Below are positions 1 to 7,245 of a stretch of DNA of 35,877 bases, piece after piece; position 1 is the first letter of the stretch; each line of letters opens with the position of its first letter. The notes beneath the pieces were generated by a model. That model had not been told where the DNA came from. It searched no databases and worked only from the letters and a program-made list of their open reading frames with translations. The stretch is from Eubacteriales bacterium (GTDB lineage: Bacteria > Bacillota > Clostridia > Oscillospirales > CAG-272): positions 1 to 35,877 of the forward strand of contig JAZSNX010000085.1 of the NCBI GenBank assembly GCA_045536665.1, written 5' to 3'. Both the position numbers and the translations under genes were made by a program.

Positions 1-85
1 TTTGGGATCTCGGACGAAAAAGTTCGATTCCGCTTCGCTCCACTCAGGATGACACGGCGGGGGTGATTTTGAACGTAAATCTTTT

Positions 86-125
86 GCTTATTTTTTCTCG
101 TAAGATAAACGACAGACTCGACGTG
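86..125 (-). repeat. Displaced, decayed copy of the rlmD 3' coding end (att-like direct repeat, distal copy)
   Basis: The minus strand reads ..THVESVVYLTRK.., against the real RlmD C-terminus ..GHVESVVCLSRK* at 2810-2844. Codons align without gaps and roughly three quarters of the nucleotides are identical. There is no rlmD body upstream of it. Confidence 0.6.
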
Positions 126-229
126 GGTCAAGAGAGCAAAAGGTCTCATTTTAGCCGAAAAACGGGGGTTGTAAGTGCAAAAAGTCTCAATTTTTAGAGT
201 TGGAATGCAATATTGGTCCAAAATCGATA

Positions 230-1840
230 TTACATTTTATCACTTTTCCCCATATTACATCTATCGCAAAGTGTTCTTAAATTGCCCGCAACTGTTTGTC
301 CGCCCTTGGAAACGGGAATTATATGATCTACATGCAATTTAACTCCATCTTGGGCATTAGAGCCACATATTTGACATCGGAAATTATCGCGCTTTAAAAT
401 ATCATATCTTAAAGAGTTTGTCATTTTAGCACGTTCTACTTCGATTTGGTGTTGTCGTGTTTGGCGTTGTTTTTTGGCCTCAATCGTCTCCTTAAAAATA
501 CTTTCCAATTCTCCATAATAAAAACTACGATCTTTCCAATAATGGTTTCGCCCTTGCGGAGATATGTATGTAGCTTTGCAATATATCTCCACATTTACTT
601 GTGGTTCTTTTAATATTTTCTTTTTAAAAATCCGTTCCTCATATTTCAAAAAATTGGTTATAGTAAATCCAAAAGATTGGCAAAATTCTTCAGTAGCACT
701 CGATTTAATATTGCGCACTTGATTAATATATTTGTTATATTCTTTTTTATTTGAGGAAATTGTTTGGATTATGCTACGATAAAATGACTCATTTGAATCA
801 ATTAATGATACCAAATAATCATACAAAGACAAATTATCCAACTGCCTTTTTGAATTGCAGGTCGTATGATTTGTATATTTGGATTGTAATGTTGTAAAAT
901 GTGTGGTGCTGTTTAAAGAAAGTAACGCATTGATTTTTTCACTTTTTTCAGCAACAATCTTTTTATTCTTATAGTCAATAATTAAAAACACACAAAGAAC
1001 GATTATAACAATACCGACAACAATACTCGCTATAATTGAACCAATATTAACATTGTTTTGAGGTTGCTCAATATCCGTGCTAGTAGTGTTTGCTTCATCT
1101 TCTATAACATTGCTAATTGAGCTTTCTTCTTTGAGAATGTGTTCAATACTTGAAATTGGTTTGATTGAATATTGTGCCCATGCTGATTGTTGGTACGTTT
1201 CAACGGCATCGTCAAGCACATACACCGTGAAAGAGGGGTGTACTTTAGTTTGCCAATATTCCGATGGAGTTTGATTAAATATATCTCCAATACTAGGCGG
1301 AGTTGGATTATAAATTACCAGTGTTGTTAGATTTCCGCACCCTTCAAAAACGCCGTTCCCAAAGCTTTCAAAACTACAAGGAACAATTACTGTTGATAAA
1401 TTGCTACACTTAAAGAAAGCCATATCATCAATTCTTTTTAAGTTCCCGTCTTTTGGAAATTCGACTCTTTCTAAATTTCCCATGGAGTGTCCGTCTCTTC
1501 CAGCAAAAGTCCACGAATTGATAGCTACTAAATTTTTAGATCCTATAAGCTCAGTAATTCCTCTTCCAAAGCTACTTCCCATATAACCTATCGCTATGAT
1601 TGGCTTTTTTTCATAGGTTTCGGGTATTTGTAGAACGCCTTCATACTTGTTAGACGAGAATAATCCTGTCAATATTTTCTGTGACATTTCATATCCGCCT
1701 TCAATTTCTTCAAAATCAAACTTATCATAGTCAAATTTGTCAGTATTATCATCGGAGATTTCAACGGCACAGCCAGCTAAACTTATTAAAACAATTAGAA
1801 TGCAGAGAATTAAATATATTAGTTTTGATTTTCTTTTCAT
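230..1840 (-). CDS. Membrane-anchored LRR-TM-HNH protein: lipoprotein signal, BspA-type leucine-rich-repeat ectodomain, one TM helix, unassigned cytosolic domain, C-terminal HNH (beta-beta-alpha-Me) nuclease
   Basis: The tracked ORF is 230..1855. The preferred start is the ATG at 1840 (MKRKSK), preceded by a GGAG; 1855 is a TTG. The signal/lipobox is LIVLISLAGC. LRR units include NLERVEFP..LKRIDDMAFFKCSNLSTVIVPCSFESFGNGVFEGCGNLTTLVI. The TM helix IGSIIASIVVGIVIIVLCVFLII is followed by YKNKK (positive-inside). The HNH motif is CQICG..HVDHIIP..GNLRTLCDRCN. Confidence 0.8.
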   Translation of the reverse strand: MKRKSKLIYLILCILIVLISLAGCAVEISDDNTDKFDYDKFDFEEIEGGYEMSQKILTGLFSSNKYEGVLQIPETYEKKPIIAIGYMGSSFGRGITELIGSKNLVAINSWTFAGRDGHSMGNLERVEFPKDGNLKRIDDMAFFKCSNLSTVIVPCSFESFGNGVFEGCGNLTTLVIYNPTPPSIGDIFNQTPSEYWQTKVHPSFTVYVLDDAVETYQQSAWAQYSIKPISSIEHILKEESSISNVIEDEANTTSTDIEQPQNNVNIGSIIASIVVGIVIIVLCVFLIIDYKNKKIVAEKSEKINALLSLNSTTHFTTLQSKYTNHTTCNSKRQLDNLSLYDYLVSLIDSNESFYRSIIQTISSNKKEYNKYINQVRNIKSSATEEFCQSFGFTITNFLKYEERIFKKKILKEPQVNVEIYCKATYISPQGRNHYWKDRSFYYGELESIFKETIEAKKQRQTRQHQIEVERAKMTNSLRYDILKRDNFRCQICGSNAQDGVKLHVDHIIPVSKGGQTVAGNLRTLCDRCNMGKSDKM

Positions 1841-1895
1841 TTTTACACGCTCCAATTTTAAAACTGCGCCTTAATGAAATAAGCGAAAACATATA

Positions 1896-2516
1896 TTACG
1901 CCAATTCAATATACTGTGGTTTAATATGCCATTCACCGCAGTGCAATGTTAGATCTATTGCTCCTTTTGGAAGCAAGTTATTTGTTAAAACAAACCTAAA
2001 TTCATTTTGGTTATTGTGTTTCGCATCATGTATGAATAATGGGTCAACAAAATTATGTATTTTTGTGAGCCATGAATCATCTTGTAATTTATCAAAATCA
2101 TAGTAGATTATTTTTTCTCCACGTATTCCCCAATTATCTTCCTTAACCCCTTCGCTAATCAGCCGAAAAAGTTCATCCGTATCGAAATATACCAGATGCC
2201 TTCCTAATATCTTGTTTTCAGGAGGAATTAGAATGGTCAGTTTACCTTCGTCATAAACCGCATTGTTTTGGTTGATTGAAGTGCAACAAAATAAGGGTAC
2301 ACGTAAAGTTTCATCATACGATTGGTAATAAGGATTTGGCACTTGAATGTTCTCTATATAGCAAGGATGGGTATAAATAGGGACAGTACCTTCTGAATAT
2401 TGTCGCTGATTATCCCTTTCATTCATAAACCTGCCAGCGGCACTGAAATATATGTTACCCTCTATAAAACCATCTGCATGGTCTTTTTCTTTGAATATCT
2501 TATAACATAGTGGCAT
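1896..2516 (-). CDS. Hypothetical cytosolic protein (206 aa), upstream partner of the LRR-TM-HNH gene
   Basis: Clean ORF with an AAGGAA RBS and AT-rich codon usage like its neighbour, separated from it by 55 nt. It has no TM segment or signal peptide and no catalytic motif I can assign. There is only a weak DUF2971-like flavour (IYFSAAGRFMNERD near the N-terminus, NEFRFVL near the C-terminus), and this is unverified. Confidence 0.6.
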   Translation of the reverse strand: MPLCYKIFKEKDHADGFIEGNIYFSAAGRFMNERDNQRQYSEGTVPIYTHPCYIENIQVPNPYYQSYDETLRVPLFCCTSINQNNAVYDEGKLTILIPPENKILGRHLVYFDTDELFRLISEGVKEDNWGIRGEKIIYYDFDKLQDDSWLTKIHNFVDPLFIHDAKHNNQNEFRFVLTNNLLPKGAIDLTLHCGEWHIKPQYIELA

Positions 2517-2807
2517 ATAATTGTTCCTTTTTCGTTGTATTTTTGTATTTAATCGGTACGTGGAAACATATCAACGGATGTTTTTTATCTGAAATTTTGC
2601 GTTTTTGCAAAAAATGTGCAATTTCAAGGCAAAAACAGAGGTTTTTCCCAATATGTTTCCCAAAACTGCTGTATTTTGATTTTCGACCATAGGTTGAAAA
2701 TCACATTTGTCCCTATGTTAAAAATCGTTAAAACACGAAAAAGAACACCTGTTTTATCGAAAAATGCGCTCAAAAGGCTGAAAAATGCCCATTTTAGTGT
2801 CAAAATC

Positions 2808-2844
2808 GCTTATTTTCGTGACAGACAAACGACCGACTCGACAT
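2808..2844 (-). repeat. Proximal copy of the att-like direct repeat (the functional rlmD 3' end including the stop codon)
   Basis: Matches 86-125 (see that feature). The GC drop begins immediately after the rlmD stop codon at 2810-2812. Confidence 0.6.
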
Positions 2845-4165
2845 GTCCTGTACGGGGGAACATATCAACCGGCTGAACGCTGCCTATCTTGTAACCCGCC
2901 TCTTTGAACCACGCGCAGTCGCGGGCGAGTGTTGTCGGGTCGCAGGAGACGTAGACGATTTTAGGTACGCCAAGAGATGAAAGACACTCCACAAGCTCCT
3001 TTGTGCTTCCCTTTCTCGGTGGGTCGATGATGACGACGTCAGGGCGCGCTCCGCCCATGGCGGTCAGTATATTTTGTGCGTTTCCTGCGTCCGCGCAGTA
3101 AAACTCGGCATTATCTATACCATTGTATTTTGCGTTTTGCTTAGCACATTCAACCGCTGACTGCACTATCTCGATACCAACAAGCTTTTTTGCTTTATCC
3201 GATACGGAAAGACCTATCGTGCCAGTGCCGCAGTAAAGGTCGGCGACCCTCTGTGTACCGTCAAGCTCCGCTTCTTTTGCCGCGAGTCCGTAAAGAAGCT
3301 CCGCTCCCTCTCGGTTGACCTGATAAAACGACTGCGCGGTTATGCGGAAGCGCAGACCGCAAAGCACGTCCTCTATGTAGTCTCTGCCGCGCAAAATACG
3401 ATATTCCTTGCCAAGCACGACGTTTGTATTCTCTGTATTGGTATTGAGCATAAGACTGACTATATTGGGGAAATCAGCCGTTATTTTTTCTGTTATTTCT
3501 TTCTCGCTCGGAAGCGCTCTGCCGTTTACCACGAGGCAGAGCATTATCTCGCCCGTAGCCTCTGCTATGCGCAGATAGATATGGCGCAAAAGTCCGTTGC
3601 CCGTATTTTCGTCGTACGCCTTTATACCGTATTCGTCGCAAATGCGGCAGACCGCGCCCGTGATAGCGGCAAAGGCGGGGTTTTGTATAGCGCAGTCGTC
3701 GACGGGAATGATATTATGCGTTTTTGACGCGTAAAAGCCCGACCTCATACCGTTCTTTGAGTTTGCCACGGGATATTGCGCTTTGTTTCGGTATCCCTTT
3801 ACCTTTTGAGTACTCATAACGGGCAGAACGTCGACGTCCGATAACCCCGCCTTTACAAAAGCGCTTTTAACAAAACCGTGCTTTATCTCAAGCTCGTGCT
3901 CGTAGGTGACGTGTCTGTATACGCACCCTCCGCAGGACAGAGGGGTATCGCACAGCTCGCTCTCCATTCTGTGAGCAGAGGGAGATAGCACCGTGTCAAG
4001 TCTTGCCACGGCGTAGCTTTTATTGTCCTTTATGACGAGCGCGCGTATCCTATCGCCGCTCACAGCTCCCTTGACGAACACTACCTTGCCGTCAAGCCGT
4101 CCGACTCCACAGCCGAGATTGTTTATATCACTTATTTCAAGCTCTATGATATCGCCCTTTTTCAT
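2810..4165 (-). CDS. rlmD: 23S rRNA (uracil-5-)-methyltransferase, RumA/RlmD family
   Basis: N-terminal TRAM-like domain (MKKGDIIELEISDINNLGCGVGRL), Fe-S cysteines (CDTPLSCGGCVYRH), SAM motif DLYCGTGTIGL, and C-terminal VYVSCDPTTLARD. Confidence 0.9.
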   Translation of the reverse strand: MKKGDIIELEISDINNLGCGVGRLDGKVVFVKGAVSGDRIRALVIKDNKSYAVARLDTVLSPSAHRMESELCDTPLSCGGCVYRHVTYEHELEIKHGFVKSAFVKAGLSDVDVLPVMSTQKVKGYRNKAQYPVANSKNGMRSGFYASKTHNIIPVDDCAIQNPAFAAITGAVCRICDEYGIKAYDENTGNGLLRHIYLRIAEATGEIMLCLVVNGRALPSEKEITEKITADFPNIVSLMLNTNTENTNVVLGKEYRILRGRDYIEDVLCGLRFRITAQSFYQVNREGAELLYGLAAKEAELDGTQRVADLYCGTGTIGLSVSDKAKKLVGIEIVQSAVECAKQNAKYNGIDNAEFYCADAGNAQNILTAMGGARPDVVIIDPPRKGSTKELVECLSSLGVPKIVYVSCDPTTLARDCAWFKEAGYKIGSVQPVDMFPRTGHVESVVCLSRK

Positions 4166-4854
4166 TCGGCGTAAAATTCCTTTCCGTCTTCAAGACGCAA
4201 GCAACCGAGCGGCTCTCCGAATGCCGCGCCGCAGTCGAGGAGTATTCCGTACTCACCGCGGTATATTTTTCCGTTCTCCGCTCCGTCTATCTTATATGTG
4301 GGAACGTGTCCCGAAATTATGGTTGCGTCCTTAAAATACAGCTTATCGGGGTCTTGAGGCTCGGATATAAAATCCTCGGGCATATAGTCCTCAAGAGGGG
4401 TGCTCGCGTCGAAGTCCGCAATTCCCGCACCCACGAGAACGTATCTTTTATCCCCTATTTCCACTTCCTCGTAAAGCGACATATCCGAAAGGTATTCAAG
4501 CACGCCCTCGCGCATATCCGCGTCAAGCGCCTTAAAGCCCTCTATGGTCTTAGCTCCGCCGTTCTGCATCCACATCGCCATCTCGGAAAGCGTTTCTCCG
4601 TCGGGCGTCTCGCCATCGCTGAGCATTCTGTCAAGCGCTGTGAGCAGCTTATACGCGCGGTATTCGCACTCTCCAAGCACGGGAATTACGTTATATCTCA
4701 TACTCATATCGCAAAGAAGCTCAACCGGCTCATCTCCGTGGTCGACGATACCGCCGAGAACGTACATAACGTCGGTGTCCTTAAAATCTATCTTTTTCAG
4801 AATATTTTTGAATTTATCAAAGCATCCGTGTGGGTTCGCAATTACGTATGTCAT
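4162..4854 (-). CDS. Metallophosphoesterase (calcineurin-like phosphatase family)
   Basis: N-terminal ANPHG...GGIVDHGDEP and a later GHVP motif typical of dimetal phosphoesterases. It overlaps the rlmD start by 4 nt, consistent with one operon. Confidence 0.7.
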   Translation of the reverse strand: MTYVIANPHGCFDKFKNILKKIDFKDTDVMYVLGGIVDHGDEPVELLCDMSMRYNVIPVLGECEYRAYKLLTALDRMLSDGETPDGETLSEMAMWMQNGGAKTIEGFKALDADMREGVLEYLSDMSLYEEVEIGDKRYVLVGAGIADFDASTPLEDYMPEDFISEPQDPDKLYFKDATIISGHVPTYKIDGAENGKIYRGEYGILLDCGAAFGEPLGCLRLEDGKEFYAE

Positions 4855-4865
4855 ATCTGTTCTCC

Positions 4866-5627
4866 TTATATAAGCTTTATTTTGTTGCTGTTAACTATGT
4901 CGCAGGTAATACCGCCGTCGGTCTCCTCTATCATTTTTTTAAGCACCTTACATACGGGATACTCTGTATGGAAATGTCCTGCCTCGATTATGTTGATACC
5001 CATATCGGGGGCATCGACCAGATTATGATATTTGAGTTCTCCGCTGATAAATGTGTCTGCGCCCGCCTCTATTGCTGCATCTATATAGTCCGATCCGCCA
5101 CCGCCAAGAAGCGCTACCTTACGGCATTTCTTTTTACCGTCTGCCACGAAAACTCCCTCGCAGTCAAGGGCATTTTTTACTGTCCTTGCAAGCTCATCAA
5201 GGTCGGTATCGCAAGCAAGAGTACCTATTCTTCCCATTCCGTCCTCTCCAAATGGCTGGGTGTTGCCGACGCCGCAAAGCTTTGCGAGTGCGTCGTTTAC
5301 ACCGCCCGTGAGCGCGTCAAGACGAGTATGGAACGAAAAGACACAAACGTCGTTCTTTATTAGCTTTATTGCCTTGTCGCATATAAAGCTCTCGCTATCA
5401 ATGCTCTTTATTCCCTTGAAGATAAAGGGGTGGTGGGAGACTATAAGGTCGTAGCCGCCCGCGCACGCGCGCTCGACTATCTCACCCGTTACGTCAAGCG
5501 CAATAAGTACTTTTTTTATTTCTCTGTCTCCGTTCGGGCAGCACATTAGCCCGTCGTTGTCCCATTCGCAGGAAAGAGAGCGCGGTATTTTTTGGTCAAG
5601 TATTCTATAAAGCTCAGAAGCTGTCAT
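4866..5627 (-). CDS. Nif3-like dinuclear metal centre protein (YqfO family)
   Basis: DLIVSHHPFIFKG motif, a C-terminal GHFHTE motif, and conserved pairing with trmK upstream. Confidence 0.85.
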   Translation of the reverse strand: MTASELYRILDQKIPRSLSCEWDNDGLMCCPNGDREIKKVLIALDVTGEIVERACAGGYDLIVSHHPFIFKGIKSIDSESFICDKAIKLIKNDVCVFSFHTRLDALTGGVNDALAKLCGVGNTQPFGEDGMGRIGTLACDTDLDELARTVKNALDCEGVFVADGKKKCRKVALLGGGGSDYIDAAIEAGADTFISGELKYHNLVDAPDMGINIIEAGHFHTEYPVCKVLKKMIEETDGGITCDIVNSNKIKLI

Positions 5628-6315
5628 TTTCTTCTCCTTTTTTTATCGTATTTTCAAGCCTTGCGATAAGCTCTCTTTGCTCGCTCGCGTCCGCTCCCGA
5701 GCGCTCTATGCCCTCAGCTCGGCGCAAGAGCGCGTCGCGGTGGCGTTTCGCAAGCTCGCAAAGCTCTGCTCCGCCTTTTTGTATGTTTATTCGTCCGAGA
5801 AGCAGCTCCTCGGCCGACCATTTTTCTGTTTTTCCTGTGTATCTCGCGAGTATTATTTGATATATCCTCTCTTCCCTTGCGAGACGCTCGTCTATTATCG
5901 AGTAGCCGTTTTCCAAAAGGAAGGCGCGAAGCAGCTCGGGGTGCGTCATCGGCTGAAGACAAAGCTGTATGCCCTCGTTCTTTGTCCAAGGGGCGTCCTC
6001 AAGTATTCTCGCTATGAGCTCTCCGCCCATACCGAGTATGAGTATGTCCTCGGGACAGTATCTATCTATTCCGCAAAGCCCGTCCGTACGTATGGCGGTG
6101 AGCTTTTGGGTAAGTCCGTATTTTTTTATATTTTCTTTCGCACGCTGTATCGGACCGGCGTTTATGTCCGAGACAATGCCGCCTCTCGCCTTGCCATCAA
6201 GGCACAGAGCGATCGGAAGATAGGCATGATCAGTGCCTACGTCACAAACGAACGCTCCGTGGCGGACGAGCTCTGCCGCCGCCGCGAGACGCGCTCCTAA
6301 ATTAATGGAATTCAT
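5614..6315 (-). CDS. trmK: tRNA (adenine22-N1)-methyltransferase
   Basis: FVCDVGTDHAYLPIAL and ILILGMGGELI motifs of the TrmK/YqfN family. It overlaps nif3 by 14 nt, the classic trmK-nif3 pair. Confidence 0.85.
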   Translation of the reverse strand: MNSINLGARLAAAAELVRHGAFVCDVGTDHAYLPIALCLDGKARGGIVSDINAGPIQRAKENIKKYGLTQKLTAIRTDGLCGIDRYCPEDILILGMGGELIARILEDAPWTKNEGIQLCLQPMTHPELLRAFLLENGYSIIDERLAREERIYQIILARYTGKTEKWSAEELLLGRINIQKGGAELCELAKRHRDALLRRAEGIERSGADASEQRELIARLENTIKKGEENDSF

Positions 6316-6338
6316 TCTATACTCCTTAATATGCTTTT

Positions 6339-6365
6339 GGGGATCTCGGAAGTCCGAGATCCCCC
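6339..6365 (-). other. Perfect 12-bp hairpin (GGGGATCTCGGA agt TCCGAGATCCCC) between the DUF1858 stop and the trmK start, with no U-tract
   Basis: The palindrome is read directly from the sequence. The flanks lack a T-run on either strand, so it is not a canonical intrinsic terminator. Confidence 0.5.
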
Positions 6366-6378
6366 TAAACTATCCGCA

Positions 6379-6582
6379 TTATTTTTCGGACGCAAGAAAA
6401 TCGTTGATCTGCTTTACGAGCGCGTCGGCATCAGTGCCGTGCACCATGCAAGCGTCCTCGATAGACTCGCCACGAGCCGAAGGACAACCGAGGCAGTGCA
6501 TACCGATAGCGAAGAAGAACTGCGCTGTTGCGGGAGCGGCGTCAAGAACGTCACCAATGATGGATTGCTTTGTTACCTGCAT
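6379..6582 (-). CDS. DUF1858 / hybrid-cluster-protein-associated redox disulfide domain protein (67 aa)
   Basis: IGDVL...P.TA..F...GMHCLGCP....ESIE.A...HG pattern typical of this small family. It has a strong RBS (AGGAGG). Confidence 0.75.
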   Translation of the reverse strand: MQVTKQSIIGDVLDAAPATAQFFFAIGMHCLGCPSARGESIEDACMVHGTDADALVKQINDFLASEK

Positions 6583-6623
6583 TATATTTACCTCCTATTT
6601 TTAGATATTATTATACACTATAT

Positions 6624-6652
6624 ATTATAAGGCTTATTTGCTCCTTTGTCAA
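6624..6652 (-). promoter_or_regulatory. Sigma-A type promoter for the DUF1858 gene
   Basis: The minus strand reads TTGACA (6647-6652), 17 nt, TATAAT (6624-6629). Confidence 0.6.
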
Positions 6653-6904
6653 TAATTTGCCTCGAAATGCCCTAAAAATTCATTAAATTAGTATTTGTAG
6701 GGGAGTTAGCTTCATCAAGCAGTAGGAGAGGCTATCAGTCTCCGATTTTTACAAAATCATCTGCAGACAGATCCTAATTTGAAAGTCTATTGCCATCGTA
6801 AGCATCTCCGGAGGATATCACAATAAGGAGTACTGCCTCATCGATGCCCCAATATTTTGTCGATTTGTGCAAATTGGAGAAAAAGAAAAATTTTCAAAAA
6901 AGTC

Positions 6905-7036
6905 TTGACAAGCTTTTTAAAAAAGTTTTCCACAGGCAAAAAAACTTTTTTTATTTTTTTGCCCTTGATTTTCAAGGTTTTCCACACAATCCACAGAGTT
7001 TTCCACAGGCTCAAAAAACTCAAAAAAGCTTGTCAA
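6905..7036. repeat. 132-bp module bounded by perfect 14-bp inverted repeats (TTGACAAGCTTTTT / AAAAAGCTTGTCAA)
   Basis: IR-L is at 6905-6918 and IR-R at 7023-7036; they are exact reverse complements. The interior is AT-rich and contains the DnaA-box-like sites. Confidence 0.7.
6926..7007 (+). promoter_or_regulatory. Cluster of four co-oriented DnaA-box-like 9-mers
   Basis: TTTTCCACA occurs at 6926-6934, 6978-6986 and 6999-7007, and CAATCCACA at 6987-6995 (consensus TTATCCACA). Two boxes sit in a roughly 22-bp direct repeat, AGTTTTCCACAGGC(T)CAAAAAAC. Confidence 0.6.
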
Positions 7037-7097
7037 TACCCAATTTGCGTCTTTTGTCAATTTTATATATTTTTACCAAAAATAAAAATTTGCAATT

Positions 7098-7120
7098 AAA
7101 AAAACCCCCATTTTGGGGGC
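7098..7120 (-). terminator. Rho-independent terminator downstream of aroK
   Basis: The minus strand reads CCCCCAAAATGGGGG followed by TTTTTTTAA. Confidence 0.7.
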
Positions 7121-7245
7121 TGAGTGGTGGAAGCGATTGTAAATCGAAAGTGTATTTGTAAACAAAATGTAACTAAATGGTTAATACATTTAATGGAAGG
7201 AATTTTCCTCTCATTCTCCTAAACGCAGATGTTTTTGTGACGTGT

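Larger units (their letters stand above)
126..2807 (-). mobile_element. AT-rich two-gene genomic islet inserted at the rlmD 3' end; no integrase or transposase visible
   Basis: Sampled 60-nt lines inside the islet are about 23-40% GC, against about 60% in a sampled rlmD line. It is bounded by the duplicated rlmD 3' end (86-125 and 2808-2844). Both genes lie on the minus strand. The boundaries are approximate. Confidence 0.55.

Noticed and set aside
2-15. 13-nt match (TTGGGATCTCGGA) between the window start and the 6339-6365 hairpin arm
   Set aside because: A single 13-mer match across both strands of a 36-kb window is within chance expectation, and the second hairpin arm is missing at the window start.
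17-50. tRNA-like T-loop string GTTCGATTCCGCTTCGCTCCA near the window start
   Set aside because: The would-be T-stem 5' strand (AAAAG) does not pair with CCGCT. There is no acceptor partner, D-arm or anticodon arm and no CCA. At best it is a tRNA-derived scrap and it cannot be called a tRNA.
230-1840. Interpreting the HNH protein as a secreted polymorphic or contact-dependent toxin with a downstream immunity gene
   Set aside because: The TM helix with a positive-inside flank places the HNH domain in the cytoplasm, and there is no ORF downstream (126-229) that could encode an immunity protein. The idea is not fully excluded and is listed as a refutation route for the main hypothesis.
1681-2103. 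140-aa plus-strand ORF bridging the two islet genes
   Set aside because: It runs antisense across the intergenic gap and both minus-strand genes. An AT-rich reverse frame with no RBS is less plausible than the two motif-bearing minus-strand ORFs.
4306-5028. 240-aa plus-strand ORF spanning the phosphoesterase/nif3 junction (and 4830-5363, 5677-6300)
   Set aside because: They are antisense to three well-supported minus-strand genes and have no motifs.
6771-6780. ATCCTAATTT shared with 11086-11095, with patchy similarity beyond it
   Set aside because: Hundreds of shared 10-mers are expected by chance in a window of this size, and the extended alignment needs several gaps.
6905-7036. Calling the DnaA-box module the chromosomal oriC
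   Set aside because: No dnaA, dnaN or rpmH neighbours are present, I could not recognise a DnaA-trio or GC-cluster arrangement, and only four boxes are seen. It is retained as a DnaA-box cluster of unknown role.
6838-7161. Small ORFs (61, 80 and 105 aa) covering the DnaA-box region
   Set aside because: They give Lys/Phe-rich low-complexity translations of A/T runs, with no RBS. The region is better explained as non-coding.
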